Source: Eledone cirrhosa (taxonomy: Eukaryota). Taken from it: a stretch of DNA of 64,000 nt. How positions within the stretch are numbered: the stretch's first letter is position 1; each line of letters begins with the position of its first letter. The stretch covers positions 48,918,001 through 48,982,000 of the forward strand of contig OZ024745.1 of assembly GCA_964016885.1 (NCBI GenBank), in the 5' to 3' direction. The notes below the pieces were generated by a model. The model was not told where the DNA came from and ran no database searches. It worked only from the letters and a program-made list of their open reading frames with translations. The position numbers and the translations under genes are program-made. Positions 28,701-40,700 of this stretch are shown piece after piece.

Positions 28701-31700
28701 CTCTCAACATGCTGTACCACATCAAACCACATTATAGTATACATTAACTCTCAACATCCTGTACCACATCAAACCACATTATAGTATAGATTAACTCTCA
28801 ACATCCTGTACCACATCAAACCACATTATAGTATCCATTAACTCTCAACATCCTGTACCACATCAAACCACATTATAGTATAGATTAACTTTCAACATCC
28901 TGTACCATATCAAACCACATTATAGTATACATTAACTCTCAACATCCTGTACCACATCTAACCACATGATAGTATCCATTAACTCTCAACATCCTGTACC
29001 ACATCAAACCACATTGTAGTATACATTAACTCTCAACATCCTGTACCATATCAAACCACATTATAGTATACATTAACTCTCAACATCCTGTACCACATCA
29101 AACCACATTATAGTATAGATTAACTTTCAACATCCTCTACCACATCAAACCACATTATAGTATACATTAACTCTCAACATCCTGTACCACATCAAACCAC
29201 ATTATAGTATACATTAACTCTCAACATTTCAAATTACGTCCCTTACATCGGTTCGTTATTCTATACGTTTACCCAGTTTGTATCACAGAACCAGAGGTGG
29301 TTTCAGATTGTTTGGTATCAAAAGGGTTACTCAAAGATTGTTAAGGTTAGAATATGCTAGAAGTACGATAATTCATGTGTAATAATGTATGTGTGTGTGT
29401 GGGGGATTTTTTCCGCCAAAATCTGTTATTACACATGAATTTGTTAATTTCTTACTTCAGGTGATAGAAGAACGAGATCAGCAAATTTATGAGTTGACCG
29501 AGGAGATAAAGAATTTGACAGATGAAATGGATTCAAATGCAGCCCTTATTGAAGATTTGAAAAATGATTTGACCAAGAGTAAGCTAATATTAGAATAATT
29601 GATGTTTAAATGTTTGGCTTTCATCATCATTATCGTACATCTATTTTTCCATACTGGCATGTGTTGAATGGGACCCACACAGTCGTGTCATTTATTACAA
29701 CCCTCTATTGCCCAGCATACACTGCAACAGAAAAAAACCCAGTCATCTTTGTTGTGTATGTCATCATCATCATCATCATCATTGTCATTGTCATCATTTT
29801 TATGCCCATTTTTCCATGCTGCCATTTGTTGGATGAGCTTTTTGAGGCAGAATATTATGGCTCAATGCCTTTCCTGACACCAACCTTCATATGATTTTTT
29901 TAAGTAATGTATGGTGTCTTTGTGTATGTAACCACTGAGCTTCAGGACATTTGTTTATTCAAGACACATACCACACATACCACACTGAGATAGAATTGAA
30001 AACCACATGGTTATGAAGGAAACTCATGAGTCTAAAGTCTGTGAGGCTGGTGCTTATGTTTGTTGAATGGCGTAAAGCGACCGAGAGTACAATACTTCTC
30101 CCTGGACAGGGTGCCAGTCCATCGCAGGGTTAAACCCCTAGCTATAGCTGGTACTCATTTTCAGCTGAGTACACTGGAGCAATGGGAAATGAAATGTTTT
30201 GCTCAAGAACACAGCATGCAACACAGCCCAAGAATCGATCCCACATCATGATCGTAAGTCCAACACCCTTACCCATGCCTCCATGTACATCATGTTTATT
30301 ATGTAATAATACATGAGATACTGCAATGTATCTTTATTATATATTTGTCACCTATTATGTATTCTAATATAAACAAACTATCTGTATAATGTTTTCCAAT
30401 AATTTACTCAATTTTTTGTCCTTGCAGAACCAAAGGATCATATGTTTACAAAAGTGAGAGAACAGAAAAAGGCTTTGTCACAAACGAATAAGCTTTTAAA
30501 AGATGCTGAAAAATTAACCAAACAGGTTTGTTAGATTTGAATATATATTTTCATGTGGATATAACTTAAGATATTATTCTCATTCTATCTATCTGTTTAT
30601 GCCAATTGCCAAGTCACCCATATGTCCTTATATGTGTCCTTCAAACTTCTCATCAGTGTTTTCCTACACTATCCACACTGGTGTCTTCTAGCAGGTTATC
30701 AATGTAATTTTTTTCCTTTCTACTCCTGTTTGTTTATCCATCTGATGGTTCCCACAGAACAGAACAAGATCACTTGCTATCTTCTCATGGTGACGAACAC
30801 AGAGACATGCAAGTTGTCTGTGATAAATATTCATTTAACATCTCAGTTCTTCCTTGATTTATTGTTATGCAAGCAATAATTTACAACTAAATTATGATAA
30901 TTTTTCACATAGGTTTAATTAATTCTTCTCATTATTCATTTATTATTAATTGCTTAATTAGCTTTCTTGAAATATTTCCAGCCTATACATTTACATACAT
31001 TCAGTAAAGGATTCTCATTTAATTCTCTTTGTTTTAATTGCCACCATTATGATTTAACCCTTTAGCATTTACATTAGTCTATATATACTATTATATTTTC
31101 AGAGTAAAGGCTTTATCTCATAATTATCTCACATAATATAAAATCTATGAGATTTTTATATTATTTATTTTGAGAACAATACCTAAACATTAATATGAGT
31201 GACCGGTTATGCCGGTTTGAACAGAAAAAGGTGAGAGAATTCTGGCTGGATACTGCCGGTTTCAATGCTAAAGGGTTAATGGAAAGAGAGCCTATCATGT
31301 AGTTTTATAGTTTTGCACTTTAACTAACCCATCTGCCATAAATATCATGATTTTATTTCAGTTTAATCTTAGTTGTAAGTTACTTTTATACCTATTTAAA
31401 AACTACAATATATATTTACTCACTGTAAATGTGGTTGGTGTTAGGAAGGGCATCCAGCTGTAGAAACCAGATCAAAATCTGTTCTGTATGAGCAAGACAT
31501 GGTGACCTGACCTGGCCTATCTCACAACAGGACAACTCATCTAACCCATGCTAGTATGGGAAAATGGATGTTAAAAGGTGATGATGATGATAGTGAATTG
31601 GCAGTCATTAGAATGTTGGATAGAATGTGTTGCAGTATTTGTTCTGGCTCATTGTGCTCTCTGTGTTCAACTCTCATCTAGGTTAAGGTTGATAAAAAAA

Positions 31701-34700
31701 TACCAATCCAGTAGAGTGGGTGGTTGGGTGGGGGATTTTTCCTCTGTACCTCTCTCTCTCTCGAAGAAATTGCCTATGTTCAAATCTGAAGAGGGATGGA
31801 CTCTGCCAGGTTTAAGATGATGGTGTCCTTACAACTTCATGAGCAGTATATATTTTTTACTCAAGACAAGCTGGGTCATAGAGCAGATTGTGTCTCATTA
31901 AATGAATAAAGAAATACCTCACCTATATATAAAGCTAGTTCATTTTAGGAGATATTTCATTTTATTAAAGTTAGATTTAATAAAGCCAATACATGCTTTT
32001 AAAAGAAGTGTCTTCTTCCCTAGGCTGAACATGATGCACTTGAAAAAGACAAACATCTGGTAGAGGCCTTAGAAAGGATGAGTCAATATGAATCTGTGAG
32101 TACTTGATTTTTGCAAATATATATATTTTAAAGTAAATATCTTTGACATCTTATCTATATTGTTTGATGTATTATATTATTATATCATGATATTTATTTT
32201 TATATTTAAATGGTTGTGGTTTTCAATCTTTCAGGGAGAGTATGGGCTTGCTGAGGCTGTTAATGAAATCAAAGAATTGAAACATAAGTTGACGATTAAT
32301 CAAAGGTTGATAAATTTTAAAAATCAGTTTGAATTATTTAACAACAGAATTGTTTTTTCCATAGGTTCATTTCTATATTGTATGTTTCATTTCTGTATTG
32401 GTCTTCTAAATTCATTTTATTTAGAATACATTTCTCTTTTTTGGTTTTTGTTCTTACATTCTAATTATTGTAACTTACATAGCTAGAGAGGACAGGGTCT
32501 GCTCCAGGTGGCACAAACTACACTACCGAAGCTATATTATAACTGTACAACCTTTATGTCCTTTTATTTCATATTGCTCGAATCCTCCAGTCAGCAGAAA
32601 AATGAGTACCAACAGCCATCAACCATTGTGACAGATTGGTGTCCCATCTTGTACTCTGTCACTTAACAGTATGTGAAACTGGAATAAGCTCTGGCTTGAT
32701 GAGTCTCTAGGCTCAAGAAAAATTAACTTAACTTTATTTATAGATCAATAAATACAAAAGAAGCCTTTGGAAAGTTTAGCTCTATTATAATGTTTAGAAC
32801 TTCATTAAATTTTCCTTTTATTTTGATTTAAAGAAAAAAAATATAAGCTTTTAAAAAATATTTTACTATTCTTTATGGATTAATGCATTTTTTTTAGGGA
32901 CATTGAAGAATTTGTGCAGCATATTAACAGAAATGAAGAAACTCTCAGGGAATTAACAATAGAAAATGAATTATTGAGGACAAAACTAGGCATGGACCCG
33001 AAAAAATCATTAAATATAAAGGATTATCAAACTGATATTACTGTAAAAAAAGAAGAACAACGTGCATTGAATATAGTTCTCCAGAAAGAGGTTAGTTAAC
33101 TCTTTTGTTATCATATTTCTAATGCAATTACCGCCTATGATTTCCAATTAACTTTTTTAATAACCAAACTCTTTTCATGATTAAGTTAGTGTTTAGTAGA
33201 TAATTAGAAAACGTTTTTACAAATCATTATAATGGAAAGTTTATATATATATATACAGTCCAAACATCCAATCTCGCAAAATCCGAAATCTGTATTTTTT
33301 GTTATCTATTTAAGGTTTAAATACGGTGTTTTTGTCGTATTGAACAGAACAAATCTTGCAGTTTTGCTTTTTGTTAAATCGCTTGTTAAACATTCATAAC
33401 CTTCCAGCTAGCTACCCCACACCCCTCCCACCCGCCCCCACACACCACCATTCTTAATACGTGGACCAATCATAAGCCAGAGCCCCCCCCCCACGCATCA
33501 CCATTATTATTATAAGCCAGACCCCCCCCACGCATCACCATTATTATTATTACGCGGACCAATCATAAGCCAGAGGCCTATACTATCGCTTGCCCGGTTG
33601 CCTTCGATATATGATGGATGGACGGATGGACGGACGGACTGCGGAATCCTGGAGAGTGGAAGGGAGAGAAAAATCTGGACGCTCAGAGCGAAAATGCCAA
33701 AGTTAAAGTCAAATTCACCTCGTGGACGAGAATGCGAGCACTCCTCTTTGTTTCGTCCGCGGATGGCTAACATAACCCTATCTCCCCCCGCCCCCCACCA
33801 CCCCCACCCTCCAAACGCAACCCAAAACTTCAGAGTTGGTACCATAAATGTAGGCACCCTAAAGGGTCGCGCTAACGAGGTTGTAGAAATGCTTGAACGT
33901 AAGGAGGTCGATGTTTGCTGTATTCAAGAGACCAGGTGGAGGGGTGGGTCTGCTAGATTCATTGAGGGTAAAAAACGATGTTATAAGCTTTTCTGGGTGG
34001 GAAACGACGATGGGCTGGGTGGAGTAGGAATCATGGTAGCAGAAAAGTGGGCAGATAAGATAATAGACGTAAATAGAGTGAACGACAGAATAATTAAAAT
34101 ACGACTTGTCCTCAATAGAACTACGGTGACAGTAATATCTGTGTACGCACCCCAATCCGGACTGCCCGGCACTATAAAAGACAGATTCTATGAGACACTG
34201 TTGCTAACTACCTCCCAAATATCTGACAGTGACTATATAATTATTGCAGGCGACCTAAATGGTCACGTTGGACAACATTGTGACGGCTACGACGAAATCC
34301 ATGGAGGCTATGGGTTTGGTACTAGAAATGAGGAAGGCTCCAGAATCCTGGAATTCTGTGATGCAAATAACCTAACTATCTGTAACATTAACTTCAAAAA
34401 ACGTGACAATCACCTGATCACCTATAGATCCGGGGAACACACAAGCCAGGTAGATTATATCCTTACCAGAAAACGTGACAGAGTGTCTGTTGTAAACACT
34501 AAATCCCTCCCCCATGAAGAATGCACCTCCCAACATAGACTGATAATTAGCGACCTCATAGTCAGGACGAGACGTACTCGACAGCAGAAGAGGACTATCC
34601 TCAGGAGGAAAATATGGAAACTAAAGGACCCCACAGCCAGAAATAAATTTCAAAGCATATTACTTGATGCTTTCGACAGTAAGGAAGAGCATCTAGAATC

Positions 34701-37700
34701 GGACAATATAGAGGGACAGTGGGAATTTCTGAAAGCAAACCTGCTGTTGGCGACAGACGAAGTCTGTGGCTGGAGCAGGCCTGTAGGCAGGAGGAGAGTA
34801 ACATGGTGGTGGAACAGTAGGGTGGAGGGGTCAATTAAGGCCAAAAAGCAGGCTTGGAAAGTATGGCGGGATGGGGGAAGTAGAGTAGACTATCAAGTGG
34901 CCAGGAGGGAAGCTAGGAGAGAAGTGTACTTAGCAAGAAGGGAAGCTGAGGAAAGAAAGTTCAAGCATGTTCTACAACGCGATGACCAAAAACGTGAGGT
35001 GTTCAGGATTGCTAGGCAATGCGTCAAGGAAAACCGTGATATTGTCGGGGAGAAGTGTGTACTTAACGATGATGGCATACTTGCCATCACCGACACTGAT
35101 AAGAAGGTAGCTTGGAAGTGTCACTATGAAAGGCTACTAAATGAGGAGAATAAATGGGAGAAAGACAGTCTCCCCCATATCGACCCAATAGAGGGACCAG
35201 CAGTGTTAGTCGAGGGGAGTATAATAAGTAAGGCAATCAAGGATATGAAGACGGGTAAGGCGGCTGGGCCTTCGGAAATAGTTGCTGAGATGCTGAAGGC
35301 ATCTGGCACGGTGGGACACACCATGGTCACCCGCATAGTTAACCAAGTCGTACAGAATGGGGTTGTTCCGAAGGACTGGCATAGCAGCATCATCGTTAAC
35401 TGTTATAAGGGTAAAGGAGACGCCCTAGATAGGAGTAACTATAGAGGCATTAAATTAATCGACCAGGTCATGAAGGTCACGGAAAAAGTAATAGCGCAAC
35501 TAATCAGAGAGAGAATTGACCTAGATGAAATGCAGTTCGGGTTTGTGTCAGGCAAAAGCACCACAGACGCTCTTTTCATAGTACGACAACTACAGGAGAA
35601 GTACCTAGCTAAAGGTAAACCCCTCTACTTAGCTTTTGTCGACCTGGAGAAAGCCTTCGACAGAGTCCCCCGCTCCATTATCTGGTGGGCTCTTAGAAAA
35701 CTAGGCGTTGACGAATGGCTTGTGAGGGCTATACAAGCCATGTATAAAGAAACAGTCAGCAAAGTTAGAATTAACAACGAATATAGTGAAGAGTTTAGCG
35801 TAAAAGTTGGCGTCCATCAGGGCTCTGTTCTCAGCCCCCTACTATTTATTATTGCCCTTCAGGCTATAACAGAGGAGTTCAAGACAGGCTGCCCATGGGA
35901 ACTCCTATACGCAGACGACCTGACACTCATAGCGGAATCAATGGCCGAGCTAGAGAAGAAATTCCAAACATGGAAGCACGGCCTAGAGTCAAAAGGACTT
36001 AAAATTAACCTGGCTAAGACCAAAGTTCTAGTTTGTAGGAAAGAAAACAAGGCGGCGGTCCCTTCTGGGAAATGGTTGTGCTTGGTGTGTAGGAAAGGCG
36101 TAGGTAGAAACTCCATTTTATGTCCTAAATGCAAAGTATGGGTGCATAAAAGATGTAGTGGGATCACAGGTAAGCTAACTAAGAACATAGATTTTACATG
36201 TGGCCGGTGTTCTGGTGCAATAAGTAGCAGCAAGTGCCCACAAAATACTAGCTCTTTCAATTGCGCAGAGGGTTCTATAGAAATAGTGGACAGCTTCCGT
36301 TACCTGGGCGATAAAATCAGCAGTGGGGGAGGGTGCTGTGAAAGTACTGTAGCTAGAGTCAGAACTGGTTGGAAAAAGTTCAGAGAGCTTATACCACTAT
36401 TAGCTGCTAAAGGGTTCTCCCTAAAAATGAAAGGCAGGTTGTACGATGCCTGCATACGAACAGCAATGTTGCATGGTAGTGAGACCTGGGCATTGTGTGC
36501 AGAGGATATATGCAGACTAGAGAGGAACGAAGCTTGCATGCTCCGCTGGATGTGTAACAGTAATATACGTGAACGGCAAAGCATAAACGAACTAAGGAAA
36601 AAATTAGAGATAAGAGGGATCAGATGTTGTTTACTCGAGAGAAGGCTGCGTTGGTATGGACACGTGATGCGCATGAAAGTCGATAGCTGTATAACAAAGT
36701 GCAGGGCAATAAAGATAGACGGTAGCCACGAAATAGGCAGACCTAGAAAAACCTGGGATGAGCTGATAAACTCCGACCTCACACACTTACACCTCTCCAA
36801 GACAATGTCACTGGACCGAGACCTTTGGCGGTACTCAGTAACAGAGAAGACCCGCCTTGCCAGTAGGCATCTCTAACAAAATACCCCCCCACCCCATCCA
36901 CACCACCCCGTTCTATGTAAAGTTATGTTGGTGCCGCGCCATCCAGGCCGAAACAAATGAGATCGTGTAGGTGTCACGACAAAAAAACACACAGTCCACG
37001 CTGTAATGTGGCCGTGTAGGCAACACGGTAAAAACCTCCCAGACCCACACTGTAAATGTGGTTGGTGTTAGGAAGGGCATCCAACTGTAGAAAACCTGCC
37101 AGACAGTCCTATGCGAGCAAGACAATCACTCTTGCCTCAAGTGGGACTACCCCCGTCCAAACCCATGCAAGCATGGAACACGGACGTTAAACGTTGATGA
37201 TGATATAACATTATACACACATATATATTTGTATTCACATACTCATACATATTCATGTATAAATGAATACATGCACACAAACATATACATATTCATGTAT
37301 AAACAAATACACATACACTAAGATGCATCCATATATATTGATATATAAACAAATTCATATACCCACACTCAATTACTTGCTAAAATATTATTCAGATTGA
37401 ACGACTTGAAGAAGAGCGGATTTTATTGAAGCAAAACTTAAGGAAATTTGCTCAACAGACTGGACGTAGGTATGAAAACTTTCATAATTTAATTAACTTC
37501 AAAAATTTACACTGCTTTGTGAAGGCATGTGACTTGATGACATATTTGATGGATTATGTGTGTCAAGTGAGAAAAAGATGATATTGGACCACTTTCCAGA
37601 TGTGAAATGTTTACCATCAGAATTTGCCGGTAAAATTTTATATACTGTTTAGTATGACTTGGTAGTATTTACCATGATATTTTGCTTAGGGCTTTAGGTG

Positions 37701-40700
37701 CTCATGCAGTTGTGAGCAGACATAGAAACCCCTCTCGACCATCAATCTTTTGATCCAGTGGAACATACAGGATGTGACAACTGGTTTGAAAAAATTTCAT
37801 AGTTCTTCGAATCTTCATCCCTGCCGAAGGGAAGTTTGGGAAATGTAATTGTATTTACGCCATTTTCTTGTCTCTCTCTCTGTTTTTCACGGTCCATTTA
37901 CTTTACTTAGAATCCAAGCTTTCAATTTTCGTTAATTCTGTCAGACCCTCAAAAACAACCTTCTCGTATTTAAACACTGATTACTGTTATATGTCCGTTT
38001 ATAGGTTTAGATTAAAAAAAAATAACCTTCTAGTTATAACTTTTTCGGGAACATTCTTCCTTCTTCTTCTCCTCTACTCTGTCCCCCAATGCATTGTCTA
38101 TAAGCCTATAGGCCTCCCCCTCTCTCTCTTAGCAAGTATAAAATGAACCTGTCGGTCGTAAAAAAATTTCAGAATTCTTCGAATCTTCATCTCTGCCGAA
38201 GGGACGTTTGAGAAATGTAATTGTATTTACACCATTTTCTTGTCTCTCACTCTGTTTTACACGGTCCATTTACTTAGAATCCAAGCTTTCAATTTTATTT
38301 GTTAATTCTGTCAGACCCACAAAAACAATCTTTTTGTATTTAAACTCTGATTACTGTTATACAACCGTTTATAGGTTTAGATTAAAAAAAATAACCTTCT
38401 AGTTAACTTCCCCATATCCCTCTGCCCTGCCCCCACTCGCCACCATTATTAGATGGTCCAATCATAATTCAGCGGCTTATACGTCTCTTTACCAATCTCT
38501 TACACAAAACCACCACCTCGGCTATTCACTCCTTAAGTTTAAACCTGGTTGCTTTTGATATGCTAGATGGACTGTGGGATTCTGGAGAGTGCGAAGAATC
38601 TGAACACTCAAATGCCATTGTCAAAGATAAAGATAAATTCACCTCATATGGCCGGACGAAAATGCAAGGATTCCTCTTTATTTCAGACGCAGATGGCAAA
38701 CATAACCCCATCTCCCTCACCCCTCCCTACACCTCCAACCCATCCCTTCCACCCATCAAACGAAATCCCAAACTTCAGAGTTGGTACCATGAATGTAGGC
38801 ACTTTAAAAGGTCGCTCTAATGAGGTTGTAGAGATGCTTGAACGTAAGGAAGTTGATGTTTGTTGTGTTAAAGGTGGAGGGGTGGGTCTGCCAGATTCAT
38901 TGTGGGTTAGAAACGATGCTAAAAAATTTTTTGGCTGGGAAATGAAAATGGGCTGGGTGGAGTAGGAATTATGTTAGCAGAAAAATGGGTAGATAAGGTA
39001 ATTACCGTAAATAGAGTGAACAACAGAATAATCAAAATAAGACTTGTCCTAAATAGAAGTACTGTGACAATAATATCCGCTTACACACCCCAATCTGGAC
39101 TGCCTGGCATTATAAAAGACAGATTCTATGAGTCGCTAATGCTCACTACCTCCCAACTAACCGACAGTGACTATATAATTATTGCTGACGACCTAAATAG
39201 TCACGTTGGACAACATTGTGACGGCTATGACGGAATCCATGGAGGCTACGGGTTTCGTACCAGATGACCTGGGATGAGGTGATAAAAGCCGACCTTACCC
39301 AATTGCACCTCTCAAAGGCGATGACACGACCGTGACCTCTGGCGTCACGCAGTAATACAGAGTACCCGACCTCCCATGGGTACAAGCTGAAGCATATAGA
39401 CAATATGCCCCCACACTCTCCCACTGCAAGCTGGTCGTGGAGGTGCCACGGCAAAAAAACATCCAGCCCACACTGTAAAGTGGACGTGTAGGTGCCATGA
39501 AAAAGCACCCAGCACTCACTGTAAATGAGGTTGGTGTTAGGAAAGGCATCCAACTGTAGAAATCAAGCCAAATCAGTTCCTGTATGCGCAAGGCATGGTC
39601 AGCCGACCAAACACTGCCCACAAAAGGACAACCCGTCTAACCCATGCTAGCGTGGAAGAACGGACGTAAAACGGTGATGATGATGAAATGATGAAGGCTT
39701 CAGAATTCTGGAATTCTGTGACACAAATAACCTAACTATCTGCAACACAAACTTCAAAAAACGAGACAATCACTTGATCACCTATAGATCAGGGGAATAC
39801 GCCAGTCAGATAGATTATATCCTTACCAGAAGACGTGACAAAGTGTCAGTTGTAAACACTAAATCCCTCCCCCGCGAAGAATGCACCTCTCAACATAGCC
39901 TCATAGTTAGTGACCTCATAGTCAGGACTAGACGTACTCGACAACAGAGGAGGACCACCCTGAGAAGAAGAATATGGAAGTTAAAGGACCCCACAGCCAG
40001 TAACAAATTTAAAAGCATACTACTTGATGCTTTTGACAGTAAGAAAGAGCAATTAGAGACGTACAGTATAGAGGAACAGTGGGAATTCCTGAAAGTTAAC
40101 CTGCTGGAGACAACAGATGAAATCTGTGGCTGGAGCAGACCTATAGGCAGGAGGAGAGTAACATGGTGGTGGAACAGTAAGGTGGAGGAGTCAGTCAAGG
40201 TCAAAAAGCAAGGTTGGAAAGTATGGCGGGATGGGAGAAGTAGAGAACACTATCAAGTGGCCAGGAGGGAAACTAGGAGACAAGTGTACCTTGCAAGAAG
40301 GGAAGAAGAGGAAAGAAAGTTCAAGCATGTTCTACAACGCGAGGACCAAAAACGTGAGGTGTTCAGGATTGCTAGACAATGTGTCAAGGAAAACCGTGAT
40401 ATTGTCGGGGAGAAGTGTGTCAATAATGATGATAGTATACTTGCCATCACTGATACTGATAAGAAGGTAGCTTGGAAGTGTCACTACGAGAGGCTACTAA
40501 ATGAGGAGAATAAGTGAGAAAAAGATAGTCTGCTCCAAATCGATCCAATAGAGGGATCAGCAGTGCAAGTTGAAGGTAGTATAATAAGTAAGGCAATCAA
40601 AGATATGAAGACGGAGATAATTGCTGAAATGCTGAAAGCATCTGGATCGTTGGGAGACACTATGGTCTCCCGGATAGTAAACCAAGTCATACAGAATGGG

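Noticed and set aside
21331-29227. CRISPR-like array
   Set aside because: The units are head-to-tail with no unique spacers and no cas genes, inside a eukaryotic intron; it is a satellite.
33598-33693. ORF-track start of the RTE protein at 33598
   Set aside because: That codon is TTG. The first ATG is at 33694, and the MP and MANIT starts are shared with the subfamily B copy.
34560-34830. Cluster of A-to-G differences between the two subfamily A copies as a fossil of ADAR editing
   Set aside because: The cluster also has G-to-A and C/T changes, and subfamily B shares G at several of the sites. Ancestral variation or mosaicism explains it better.
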